Source: Acidobacteriota bacterium (lineage in GTDB: Bacteria; Acidobacteriota; UBA890; WLXD01). From it: a DNA stretch of 64,000 bases. The stretch is taken from the NCBI GenBank assembly GCA_963666215.2, contig CAXWPL010000005.1:1312001-1376000 (forward strand), in the 5' to 3' direction. Below the pieces are notes generated by a model that worked only from the letters and a program-made list of their open reading frames with translations, searched no databases and was not told the origin of the DNA. Shown in pieces: positions 1-10,327 of this stretch; the first letter of the stretch is position 1; the number at the start of each line of letters is the position of its first letter. A program made the translations under genes and the position numbers.

Positions 1-14
1 TGCCCCGCGCCCGT

Positions 15-78
15 GTAGCGCCCGGCGTCCCTGCCGGGCGGGCGGCGGAAAACGCCTCCCAGGGGCGGGAGGCGCTAC
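15..78. repeat. GTAG-type REP-like palindromic element downstream of DUF1552 gene
   Basis: gtagcgcc...ggcgctac outer inverted repeat enclosing hairpins cgcccggc/gccgggcg and cgcctccc/gggaggcg. Confidence 0.45.
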
Positions 79-103
79 GGATCGAAATACTCACCGTCTC
101 CTC

Positions 104-1450
104 CTATAGCGAAACCGACTCCAGCAGGGTGTCGATTTTCCCGGTGCTGTCGGCGAACGACTCGAGATGCACGCCCACACTATCGAGCAACGTGAGGTGA
201 AGATTGGCGAGCGGCTTGGGTTCGGCGTACTTGATGTGACGTCCGCCGCTGGCCTTGCCGGCGCCACCGCCGGCCACCACGATCGGTAGGTTGACGTGGT
301 CGTGGTTGTTGGGGTTGCCCATGCCGCTGCCATAGAGGTAGAGCGAGTGGTCGAGAAGCGAGCCGTCTCCGTCCTCGACTGAGGCCAGCTTCTCGACGAA
401 GTAAGCGAACAGCGACACGTGGAACTGGTTGATCTTGGCGATCTTCGCGATCTTCTCCGGATCACCACCGTGGTGCGAGGTGGCGTGGTGCGGATCGGGG
501 ACGCCGATCTCGGGGTACGTTCGATTGCTCGCCTCGCGAGCCAGCTGAAAGGTGATCACCCGAGTGACATCGGCTTGCAGGGCCAACACCTGCAGGTCGA
601 ACATCAGCCGAGCGTGGTCGGCATAGGCGGCTGGTACGCCTTCCGGACGATCCAGGTCCGGCAGCGGGTTGTCGCGCGACTGCGTTTCGGCTTTCTCGAT
701 GCGGCGCTCCAACTCGCGAACGGAATCGAGATACTCGCTGACCTTGACGCGGTCGTGAGGGCCGAGGCTTCCCTGCAGGCGCGCGATGTCCTCGTGAACC
801 CTATCGAGCAGGCTGGCTTTCCTGCCCAGCGCCGCGCGCCGTTCCTCCGGGCTACCCCCTTCGCCGAACAGGCGCTCGAACACGATCCGCGGGTGCGCTT
901 CGGCCGGCAGCGGCGAGGTCGGTGACGACCACGAGAGGTTGTTCTGGTAGACGCACGCATACCCGTTGTCGCACTGGCCGACCATGTCCATCAGATCCAT
1001 CGACAGCTCGAGTGAGCGCAGCTGCGTGTCCTGACCGATCTGCTGAGCGGCGATCTGATCGACCGTCGTTCCCAGGTAGTAGTCGCTGCTCTCGGTCCAC
1101 TTCGCCTTGGCGGCGCTCAAGAAAGCAGAATTGGACGTGGCGTGGGTCCCGGGATAGGCGTTGCGCAGCTCCAGGTTGCTGACGATCGTGAGCTGATCCT
1201 TCACTGCGGCGAGTGGGCTGAGGCTCGAAGAGAGGCTCCCCAGCGCACCGCCCTCGCCCTCGACCGCCCAACGGGTGATGTCGCATCCCATCGGCATGTA
1301 GACGAAGCCCAGGCGACGCACCGGATTGGCGGGCGTCTGAGCCAGGGCTGTCATGGAAGGAACCATCGCGTCGAGCAGGGGCAGCGCCACCGCCGCACCC
1401 ATGCCACGCAGAAACGTCCGGCGCGGCAGAGCCTTCTTGGTGAGTATCAT
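104..1450 (-). CDS. DUF1552 domain protein (Tat-like signal)
   Basis: Starts MILTKKALPRRTFLRG; LELS...GQCDNGYAC and LYGSGMGNPNNHDHVNLP motifs; ATG at 1450 overlaps the upstream stop. Confidence 0.85.
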   Translation of the reverse strand: MILTKKALPRRTFLRGMGAAVALPLLDAMVPSMTALAQTPANPVRRLGFVYMPMGCDITRWAVEGEGGALGSLSSSLSPLAAVKDQLTIVSNLELRNAYPGTHATSNSAFLSAAKAKWTESSDYYLGTTVDQIAAQQIGQDTQLRSLELSMDLMDMVGQCDNGYACVYQNNLSWSSPTSPLPAEAHPRIVFERLFGEGGSPEERRAALGRKASLLDRVHEDIARLQGSLGPHDRVKVSEYLDSVRELERRIEKAETQSRDNPLPDLDRPEGVPAAYADHARLMFDLQVLALQADVTRVITFQLAREASNRTYPEIGVPDPHHATSHHGGDPEKIAKIAKINQFHVSLFAYFVEKLASVEDGDGSLLDHSLYLYGSGMGNPNNHDHVNLPIVVAGGGAGKASGGRHIKYAEPKPLANLHLTLLDSVGVHLESFADSTGKIDTLLESVSL

Positions 1451-3837
1451 GACGATCTCCTCATCTGGAACGGCTTGCTCTTCACGATGCCGACGATGAT
1501 CGACGACAGGCGATAGTCGTCCTGCTGCGCCTCGCGGAGGATGGTACGGATGGCTGCTCCATCGTAGTACTCGACTCCGCGGCCGGTCGCGAATACCAGG
1601 AGTTTCTCGGCGACAGTGGTGACGAACAACTCTGGACGCAAGAGCAGCGCCTCTTGCAGATCGGCGACACCGTCGAATGGAGTGCCGTCCCACAGTTCGC
1701 CGGCCGTATCGATCGGGCCTCCCGCCTCGGCCGTTCTGAAGCGTCCGATGGCATCGTAGTTCTCGAGTGCGAAGCCGATCGGGTCCATCAACTTGTGGCA
1801 GCTCGCGCAGGCCGGATTCGCGCGATGCTGCGCCAGGCGTTCTCGCATCGGCTGCTCTCTGCCGGCAATTTTCGCAGCTGCTAGATCCGGAATGTCAGGC
1901 GGCGGTGGTGGTGGTGGGACCCCGAGGATGTTGTCGAGGATCCATTTGCCGCGGATCACCGGCGACGTGCGGGTGGCATACGACGTCACCGCCAGAATGC
2001 TTCCGTGGCGCAACAATCCCCCCCGCGTGCCACCCGCGTCGAACGTGACGCGACGGAAGCGACTGCCGTACACGTGCGGAACTCCGTAGTGCTTGGCGAG
2101 GCGCTCGTTCAGGAACGTGTAGTTCGCTCGCAGCAGGTCGAGCACACTTCGATCCTCGCGAAGGATGCTCTCTACGAAGAGCTCCGTTTCCCGCCGAAAC
2201 GACTGCCGTAGATTCTCGTCGAAGTCCGGGAAGAGCCGTTTGTCCGGCGTGATCGACGGCAGATTGCGTAAGTGGAGCCACTGGGAAGTGAAGTTGGTGA
2301 CCAGGTTGAGCGCCCGCGGGTCAGCCAACATTCGCTGCACTTGTCGTTCGAGGACTAGAGGCTTCTTGAGCTCTCCGCGGGCGGCAGCCTCCAAGAGCTC
2401 GTCGTCCGGGATGCTGCTCCACAAAAAGAACGACAAGCGCGACGCCAACTCCAGATCGCTGATGCGATAGGGCGTGTGGGGCTCGAGGCCGGCAGGGTCG
2501 CGCTCGATCCGAAACAGGAACTCGGGACTCACGAGCACCGCGGCTAAACCCATCTCGATGCTCGCTTCGAAGCCTTCCTGGATTCGCGCCTGCCTATAGA
2601 GCTCCAAGGGCCTCGCTAGATCCTCATCGGTGACGGGTCGGCGATAGGCCCTCCGCATCAGTGTTCCGAGAATGCGTTTGGCGCAACTCTCCTCTTCGCT
2701 GGCTTCTCGGGGGCGGCAGACGAAGATGCGGCGGCTGCTCGGCGTGTCTCCTCCACGTGCCGCAGGGTCGGCGGGCACATCGTAGGGACCGAGGATCGAG
2801 ACCGAGAAGATCGCCGGCTGGACGCGGGGATGACGGTAGTAGTTGAAGTGGGACTCATAGGGTTGACGGGCCGTTTCGAGAAGCACCGACGGCTTCTTCG
2901 GAAAAGTGACGCCGAGGTTGTGCGGGCCTGCCGTCACTCGCAGGCGAACCTTGAGGTGGTCGTCCAGGTTCGGCTGTGACGGCTGGCGTTGGCGAGGGAC
3001 TTCGCCTTGTAAGGCGGCCGGCTCCACGGTGAAGACGTGCACCCGCTCCCGATCCAGCAACAGCTCCAGCTCGTGGGTCTCGTTCAAGCCCTCGACGTGC
3101 TCGTTCCGGTCTCTCGCCAGTCGAATCTTGATCTCGTATTCGCCGTCGACCGGGAACGTGTAGGGGACGAGGACTCCGCCGCGGGTGCCGATCGGAAGGC
3201 CGGCGACATGCTTCTCCTGCGTCAGATCGGGTCGGGTGCGGATGGTGGCGCCTCCCAGAGCCCGCGTGGGTTGCCCGACCGCCAGGCGGCTGATCTTCTC
3301 GGCGGCGCCGACGTAGCGTTCCAGGAGGGTGAGTGGCAGATTGCCTACCGTGACGTTGTCGAAGCCATAGCTCGACGAGTCGCCTGGCAGGAGCGTCGTG
3401 ACGTCGACCTCGAGGTCCAGCAGGTCGCGGATGGCGTTTTGGTACTCGGTCCGGTTGAGCCGCCGAAACGTATCCGTCCGTCCCGGATTCGGAGCCGCTA
3501 GAGCGAGACGATCGAGCGCGCTCTCGAGCGAGGCGAGCGCCTGTTCATAGCTGGGCTCGTCGGGTCGACGTTTGCCCGGCGGCGGCATGAGACGGGCGCG
3601 CAGCTTTCGAGCGACCGTCTCCCAAACTTCGCGGTTCTCACCCAGCTCCTGCGTGTTGATCGAGTCGAGCTCGAGGCCGGCCGTTTTCGCTCGGTCGTTG
3701 TGACAGGAGAGGCAGTACTCGTTCACCAGGGCATGGTGCGAGGCTGAGGAGACTGCAGACGCATCGCAAGCAAACCCGGCTAAGACCACGAATCCGGTCA
3801 ACCAGCGAAACGCTTGCGCTCCTCGAGGGCTCAGCAT
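1447..3837 (-). CDS. DUF1592/DUF1588/DUF1587/DUF1585/DUF1595 cytochrome c-like protein
   Basis: CLSCH, RRLNRTEYQNAIRDLL, ELASRLSFFLWSSIPD, RTSPVIRGKWIL and CASCH motifs; usual partner of DUF1552. Confidence 0.9.
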   Translation of the reverse strand: MLSPRGAQAFRWLTGFVVLAGFACDASAVSSASHHALVNEYCLSCHNDRAKTAGLELDSINTQELGENREVWETVARKLRARLMPPPGKRRPDEPSYEQALASLESALDRLALAAPNPGRTDTFRRLNRTEYQNAIRDLLDLEVDVTTLLPGDSSSYGFDNVTVGNLPLTLLERYVGAAEKISRLAVGQPTRALGGATIRTRPDLTQEKHVAGLPIGTRGGVLVPYTFPVDGEYEIKIRLARDRNEHVEGLNETHELELLLDRERVHVFTVEPAALQGEVPRQRQPSQPNLDDHLKVRLRVTAGPHNLGVTFPKKPSVLLETARQPYESHFNYYRHPRVQPAIFSVSILGPYDVPADPAARGGDTPSSRRIFVCRPREASEEESCAKRILGTLMRRAYRRPVTDEDLARPLELYRQARIQEGFEASIEMGLAAVLVSPEFLFRIERDPAGLEPHTPYRISDLELASRLSFFLWSSIPDDELLEAAARGELKKPLVLERQVQRMLADPRALNLVTNFTSQWLHLRNLPSITPDKRLFPDFDENLRQSFRRETELFVESILREDRSVLDLLRANYTFLNERLAKHYGVPHVYGSRFRRVTFDAGGTRGGLLRHGSILAVTSYATRTSPVIRGKWILDNILGVPPPPPPPDIPDLAAAKIAGREQPMRERLAQHRANPACASCHKLMDPIGFALENYDAIGRFRTAEAGGPIDTAGELWDGTPFDGVADLQEALLLRPELFVTTVAEKLLVFATGRGVEYYDGAAIRTILREAQQDDYRLSSIIVGIVKSKPFQMRRSS

Positions 3838-3909
3838 TCGGTCTCCTCCTCAGCCGGGTTTTCGAGCCCGATGGCTCAAGTCTGGCAAGCATTATAACCG
3901 AGATTTGCC

Positions 3910-5033
3910 TGTGGGGGGCGAATACCCGTCCGCCCCGAAGTCACTCACCTTCCGTAGCGGTCGGTAGAGTCGGCCTCCTATGTGGGAACTACTCCGAACC
4001 ATCGTTCGCAGTGCCGTGTCGACTCTCCGGCCGAGGTGGGATCTGGCGCTAGAGAACCTCGCGCTTCGCCACCAACTCGCAGTACTCCATCGCCGGTCAA
4101 CCAAGCCGCAACTCGAAGACCATGACCGACTCTTTTGGATCTGCCTGAAGCATGTGTGGCCCAACTGGCGCGATGGGCTCCAACTGGTCCAACCTGCCAC
4201 CATCATCAAGTGGCATCGCGCTGGATTCAGGTACTACTGGCGCCGGAAAAGCCGACCCAAGGGAGGCCGACCGAGGCTCGCTCCCGAGCAGCGCAAGCTG
4301 ATCCGCGACATTTGGAACGTCAATCCGACTTGGGGCAAGCGGCGAATCCAGTCCGAACTCGCCAAGCTCGGCATCAGCGTTAGCGATTCCACCGTCGCCT
4401 CGTACAAGCCAAAGCGGCAAACGCCACCGTCGCAAACCTGGCGAGCCTTCCTCGACAATCACATCGAGGACATGGTAGCCATCGATTTCTTCACCGTGCC
4501 GACAGCGACGTTTCGAGTCCTATACGTCCTGATCATCATGTCGCACGACCGCCGCAGAATCATCCACTCGAACGTAACCGACTCGCCGTCCAGCGCCTGG
4601 ACCGCTCAGCAACTCCTCGAGGCGTTTCCCTACGACACCGCCCCTCGTTACTTACTCCGTGACAACGACACGAAGTTCCTCGGGGAGTTTGCCAGATGCA
4701 TCGAGTCGATCGGTATCGAAGAGGTCAAGACTGCGCCCCACTCACCCTGGCAGAATCCGTACTGCGAACGGCTGATTGGCTCCATGCGTCGTGAGTGCCT
4801 CGACCATGTCTTGGTCCTCAATGAGCAGCATCTCCGCCGAGTTCTCCGCAGCTACGTCGCCTACTACCATGATGCGCGCACTCACCAGTCGCTGGACAAC
4901 GACTGTCCCATGCCCCGTGCGGTCGAGCCGCCCGAGATGGGCGACGTAGTCGCGTTCCCGCTGGTCGGTGGATTACACCATCGATACCGTCGACGACTCG
5001 CGGCCTAGGACAGTTGGGTTTTCGCCCCCCACA
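3910..5033 (+). mobile_element. Insertion sequence with integrase-core transposase
   Basis: Inverted repeats cctgtggggggcgaataccc (3908-3927) and gggttttcgccccccacagg (5016-5035), 19/20 match; TGT...ACA ends. Confidence 0.8.
3980..5008 (+). CDS. Integrase core domain (rve/DDE) transposase
   Basis: AIDFF, LLRDND, PWQNPYCERLIGSMRRECLDH, GGLHHRY. Confidence 0.9.
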   Translation: MWELLRTIVRSAVSTLRPRWDLALENLALRHQLAVLHRRSTKPQLEDHDRLFWICLKHVWPNWRDGLQLVQPATIIKWHRAGFRYYWRRKSRPKGGRPRLAPEQRKLIRDIWNVNPTWGKRRIQSELAKLGISVSDSTVASYKPKRQTPPSQTWRAFLDNHIEDMVAIDFFTVPTATFRVLYVLIIMSHDRRRIIHSNVTDSPSSAWTAQQLLEAFPYDTAPRYLLRDNDTKFLGEFARCIESIGIEEVKTAPHSPWQNPYCERLIGSMRRECLDHVLVLNEQHLRRVLRSYVAYYHDARTHQSLDNDCPMPRAVEPPEMGDVVAFPLVGGLHHRYRRRLAA

Positions 5034-5035
5034 GG

Positions 5036-5170
5036 TTCAGCGACGAGCCCGAGCGCATGGCTCGGTTCGAGCGCGAGGCCAAGGTGCTGGCCGGACTCAA
5101 TCACACGAACATCGCTACGCTCTACAGCTTCGAGGCAGACGGCAGCACTCGTTTCCTGGTGATGGAGGTG
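5036..5170 (+). pseudogene. Ser/Thr protein kinase internal fragment
   Basis: DEPERMARFEREAKVLAGLNHTNIATLYSFE...FLVME; no start or catalytic loop. Confidence 0.75.
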
Positions 5171-5970
5171 GTCTGCGGCGTCGGTCTGGCTGAGCTCGGC
5201 GCGCCTGCGCCACGTTCTCCAAGCGCATCGTTCCTCGTTTAATGGCCATCTCAGCGATTATCTCAGACTGCCCCGACTCCTCTGGCGACCCACGCCCACC
5301 CCGGGGCTGGGGTCCCACGGGGATGCGGATCCATACCGAAGGATTGATATGCCGGCCTCCCAGGGCGCGGCCTTCCAGGACGCAGCATCTCTCGTCCTCC
5401 TTCAGCAGGCACACGTCACCTAAGCTTTGAGTATGGGCGGGCGAAGGGCTCTTGGCCCGACCGTTACGCCTTGCGAGTTCGAAGCTGCTCGACGACTTCT
5501 ATCGCGGTGAGCGAGAACGGGCACATGCGGTCACAGGCATGGTCTATGACGGAGGTCATAGGGCAGGTGTAGGGAGAAGTGATACTATTCACCGGCTCCC
5601 TACATGACGGATCTGGTTCTAGCACCAGGCACCGGCCTGGGTCCTAAGAGATCGTCGAGCACCACGGCAACGGCGGTGCAGGAGGCGTGTCTTGAAGAAG
5701 AGTGCGTCGCCCCCGGGCCGGAGATGCTAGGCATCGGATGCGAGATCGCTGAGCTATTGAAAGCACCTCACCGAAGGAGAGTGGGCTTGCGAGCGGAGGA
5801 CGTTACCAAAGATCACCGCAGAAGGCCGCCTAGTCGTGAACAACAGAACTCTTCTTGCCTGCGCGCACACGAACAGAGGTGCAGGATGCAAAGTGGCTAT
5901 CTATTGAGGAGAGATTACCAATAAACAATTGCTCTCCTCTCTCAACACCTATAAACCATAGGAGCACTAA

Positions 5971-7259
5971 ATGAAGAAACTCCCCGCTACGCTCGCTATT
6001 CTTACCGGATTGATGAGCCAGGGCGTGGTGAGTGCTCAACCACTCTATATCAAAGTTGATGCCACAGGAGGCGACTGTCAACCCGTTGTGAATCCAATAG
6101 GAAATTGGAGTGCGGCAACAAAGACGTGCACCTTGACTGCTCCAGTAAACGACAGCATTCAAATCCTTGACAATGGCCTCACCCTGGATTGTGCTGGACA
6201 CGCACTTACAGGGTCTGGCTACGGCGTCAGATTGAATGGAAATTCTGTGACCGTAAAGAATTGTGTGATCTCCAACCATCAGATTGCAATCGTATCCACT
6301 GGAAACTCAAATACCATTACCAAGAATACATTGACTGGTAATCGAGGGATGAGCATATACGGCTTTGATGCAAGTAGGAACACGATAACGGACAACACAC
6401 TTTCTAGTGTTGGATTCTATAACTTACTCCTGGTTTACGGTTACGAGAATAATGTGATCGGAAACACCTTTAGCGGAGCTGCAAATGGAATAACCCTTAG
6501 AAGAAGCAACGATAATTTTGTTGCGGACAACGCCGTTAGCGATTATACCTTTTTTGGAATAGAGATCGATTTTGCGTTTTTAAATACGGTAACCGGTAAC
6601 AACCTTCGCCGTACCCATACTCCACCTCCCGGTGGCTTTGGTGGTGGTGTATTTCTTTGGCAATCCAATGACAACCTCATAGATTTAAACGACATTGACG
6701 TGACCGATTCTGGAATTCTAATTGAAAATAACTCTGATAGGAATATCGTCAGCGCCAACAGAATAACAGCGACTGATCTGGGAGTGGCTGTTGGAAGCAG
6801 ACCTAGACCAGAAAATAGTTACAATCTGATCTTCAACAACGTCATTGATTCTGAAGGTGATGGAGTCTATTTACACCTGGGTGAGGGAAACCGGGCGGAA
6901 GGAAACACCATCCAGCACGGAACTGGCAACGGAATCGTTGTGAATGCATCCAGAGATGCTGAACTCGTGAGAAACGAAGTGCACAAAAAGGGCGGAAACG
7001 GCTTAATGATTTTAAGCTCGCCAACCACCTTAGTCACACTAAACGATGTTTGGCTGAATAGTGGAGTTCCAGTTAGCAGCGACACACCTGTTGAATTATC
7101 CGTCGATGCGTTGGTAACTGGTGGAACGGCAATTGCGGACGAGGATTGTTCGTTGAAGGCTCTGATAGCAATGCGGCAGATGTAATTGACAGCAATCCGT
7201 ACAACCACGCTGTGGCACACATACCCAACCCAGGAGCACCAAGACAATGCTCTAACTAG
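5971..7259 (+). CDS. Secreted right-handed parallel beta-helix (NosD/CASH-like) protein, frameshift near 7109
   Basis: Signal peptide, SD ggag and Asn-rich repeats; alternative frame continues VGNWWNGNC...DVIDSNPY to TAG 7257-7259; visibly AT-richer than flanks. Confidence 0.75.
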
Positions 7260-7300
7260 GGCGCTTTCCTCGTTCTCAACCATGGTGGTTACCGCAAAGC

Positions 7301-8107
7301 GGCGTTGTTGCACGATTCGAGAGCGAGCCTGGGCCGCTTTTCCCAGCCCTTCCGTCACGACACAGCGTAGGACTCTGGCCTGCCGAGCCCTGCCATCCGG
7401 TTAAGGATGTGACACCCGATCATGGCCTCTCTCGTCTGCGCCTTGCTGTTCCTCGCCTTCAGGTCGCGTCCGAGCAGTGACTTGTATCGGAAGAACCCGT
7501 TCTCAACGCGAGCCTGCTGTCGGTAACCCGACTCCTTCTGCCACTCTCGTCGTCCGACCTCACGAATCCTCTGAAGAGCCGCTTCTCGCTGCGCCCACGG
7601 GCCGTCCGTGGGCCCCGCGCACACCGCGGAGCGACGAGGTGGGATCACGATCATGAGGTCCTCTGTACCGGCCGCCCTGACCCGATCGTAGATCGACCTG
7701 TGGTCATAGGCCCCGTCTGCCGTGAAACGCTGGATTGGAACCTCAACCTGGGCAAGCAGATCAGGGAGGGTGGAGGCGTCGCCCTCGCTACTCGCCGTGA
7801 GCTCGGCCGCCACGATGAAGCCCTCGTCATCCACTCCGATGTGCAGCTTCCGCCACTCCCGGCGTTTCCTCGATGCCTTGTACCTATGCACATTCCACTC
7901 GCCAGAACCCAGGATCTTGAGCCCCGTGGAATCGACGACCAGGTGGATCGGGCCGTCGTGGGCTCGGTTCAGGGGTGGTACCTCGACGTCCTCGTTCCGG
8001 CGCGAGAGTGTGGTGTGGTCCGGGGCCTTGAGGCCCAGGCCCATCAAGCTCAGCAGCGAGTCCAGGAATCCCTCGGTCTGGCGAAGCGGCAGCCGAAAGA
8101 CGACTCG
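7301..8107 (-). mobile_element. IS5 family (IS903-like) element, 5'-truncated
   Basis: IR ggcgttgttgcacgattc 7301-7318; VDSTGLK, WRKLH and ADGAYD motifs; homologous to 20829-21797. Confidence 0.85.
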
Positions 8108-8297
8108 CCTGGTGTCGCACCTTCGCACAAAAGGCGACAAACTGTCGCCTTTCGCCCTCAGGGCACCAAGAGAATCCAGCAAATACGGGGACTTGCGGTC
8201 CTGCGTGTTGATGGAATGGACTCCTCCCGCGACTTGTAGCGGCATCTAAGATGTCAAGGTCGCACGAACCGTAACGTTCACATGAGAGGAGTCCGCT

Positions 8298-9333
8298 ATG
8301 CAGTCTACGACCATCGCCGTCGACTTGGCGAAAAACGTCTTGGAGATCGCCGTGTCCCACGTTCCCGGGAAGGTGGCCGAACGGTGTCGCTTGTCGCGGA
8401 AGAAGTTTCTGCGGTTCTTCGCGCAGCGCGAGGCTTCGCGTGTGCTTCTGGAGGCATGTGGTTCCGCCCACTTCTGGGCTGAGGAGATCCAGAAGCTCGG
8501 TCACGAGGTGGTGCTGCTACCGCCTCACCTGGTACGGCCCTACCGTCGCCGGCACAAGAAGACCGATCGCACGGATGCGAAGGCGCTGCTGGAAGCCGAC
8601 CGCAACGAGGAGATCGAGCCGGTGCCGATCAAGACCGTCGAGCAGCGCGGTGTGGGGGCCTTGCACCGGTTGCGCTCGGCCTGGATGGAGACGCGCACGG
8701 CACGGCTGAACGGCGTACGCGGCCTGTTGCGAGAGCACGGTCACTTCATCGCCCAGGGTGCCAAGAACGTAGTGCCCCGGGTACGAGAGCTGATCGCAGA
8801 TGACGCCAACGATCTGCCCGACCCCATGCGTTTGACCCTGGCGGAAGCATGTGAGGAGATCCGGGAGCTGGAGCGGCGCTGCGCGAGCGTTTCCAAGCAG
8901 CTCGAGGCACTGGCCCCGACGATGCCCGCCGTCGCGCATCTGCAATCTGTGCCCGGCATCGGCCCGCTCACCGCCACCGCGATGGTGGCGTTTGTCGGCG
9001 AGATCCACCGCTTCCCCTCGGCTCGACGCTTTGGATCGTACTTGGGCCTGACCCCGCGCGTGCACGCCACCGCCCAAAAGCGTCGGCTCGGCCACATCAG
9101 CAAACAAGGCGACGAGTACCTGCGGTGGCTTCTGATTCACGGCGCTCGGTCCTGTCTGTTGGCGGCCAAGAGAGTCCACAACCCAAGCCCTCTGTACACG
9201 TGGGCGCTGCAGGTCGTAGAAACGCCGAGGACACAACCGCGCCGCCGTCGCGCTGGCGAACAAGATCGCCCGCATTGCCTGGACGGTGTGGCGCGAGGAT
9301 CGAGACTTCACCATCGAAAGAAAAGCCGCGTAG
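8298..9333 (+). CDS. IS110 family recombinase (frameshift near 9220)
   Basis: VDLAK, LLEAC, KTDRTDA, VPGIG; shifted frame gives RGHNRAAVALANKIARIAW...TAG 9331-9333. Confidence 0.9.
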
Positions 9334-9370
9334 ATCCCCTTACTAGAACCCACCCAGTAACTGCTTCGAG

Positions 9371-9530
9371 AGACGTAACGATGGCGAACCGGTCGGACCG
9401 GGGCGGGGGAGAGCCGACGAAAGGCTGGCCTATTCAGGGCCGTGTGTCGATTGGCTCCCCGCCCGCGGAATCCATCCTGGCCAGGAGCATAGAGAAGCTC
9501 CACCAACGGGCCGAAGATACGACTGCAGTC
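9371..9530 (+). ncRNA. Putative bridge/seekRNA of IS1111-type element
   Basis: Downstream non-coding region with stems and internal-loop segments matching target (9419-9425, 9442-9449) and donor junction (9471-9476, 9515-9521); ends approximate. Confidence 0.75.
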
Positions 9531-9927
9531 AGACCTACCGTCTAGGATTCGCTCTCGAGCTCGCCCCGTGTTGATGGCTGCGAGAAAGCGCATCCCGTTG
9601 GCTGCGAGCGCAGTTTCCGGGATGGAGTGAGCTGAGGGCTTCGCGACCGCGGGAAAGCTAGGCCTTCTTCAGGAAGGGCGGCATCATCCCGCCGGAACGG
9701 CGGTCCGGGTGCGTGGTCCCGGCGGCGTGTTTGCGGTCGGAAGAGATGCGTGAGTCGGTGTAGGGCTTTGCAGTGCGGGCTCTGCTCTGATAGAGCAGGC
9801 CGACCAGAGACGGCGAGAGCCCGGGAAAGCGAAGTAGAAAACGCCCCGGGCTCTGCCCCAAACCGCAGCATTAGCTGCGCTTGCAGTATGGCAGAGAGTC
9901 GGGGTCGTCGTCGAATGGGAGGCGACG

Positions 9928-10323
9928 ATGCGACCGGACTACCGACTCTTCGACTGTGCTCGATGCCGTCGGCGTATCTCGCTGTGCTCGCACTGTGACC
10001 GTGGCCAGCGTTACTGCCGGGCTTGTGCTCTGGTGGCTCGTCGGGAATCGACTCGGGCGGCCGGCCATCGGTACCAGCGAAGCCTCCGAGGTCGGCATTG
10101 TCATGCCGCCCGTCAGGCCCGCTACCGTCGGCGCCAGCGCGAGCGGGCAGAGAAAGTGACGCATCAGGGTACCCCAGGCGGTACTTCGGGGAGGACACTG
10201 TGTCGGATCGAGACTCCGAGGCGCGAAGTGCGCTACGACCCGAGGAATCCGCGATGCATGCAGTGTGGAGAGGCCTGCCGAGAGTTTGTGCGAACGAGCT
10301 TTCGTCGTTGCCGACGGAGATAG
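9928..10323 (+). CDS. Cys/Arg-rich putative Zn-binding accessory protein of IS21
   Basis: CARC, CSHC, CRAC and CMQC motifs; GGAGG upstream of ATG. Confidence 0.6.
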   Translation: MRPDYRLFDCARCRRRISLCSHCDRGQRYCRACALVARRESTRAAGHRYQRSLRGRHCHAARQARYRRRQRERAEKVTHQGTPGGTSGRTLCRIETPRREVRYDPRNPRCMQCGEACREFVRTSFRRCRRR

Positions 10324-10327
10324 GGGC

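Noticed and set aside
5242-5924. Short ORFs between the kinase fragment and the beta-helix gene
   Set aside because: No recognisable motifs; cannot be supported
9334-9545. C-terminal extension of the IS110 protein
   Set aside because: Frameshift artefact running through the guide-RNA region
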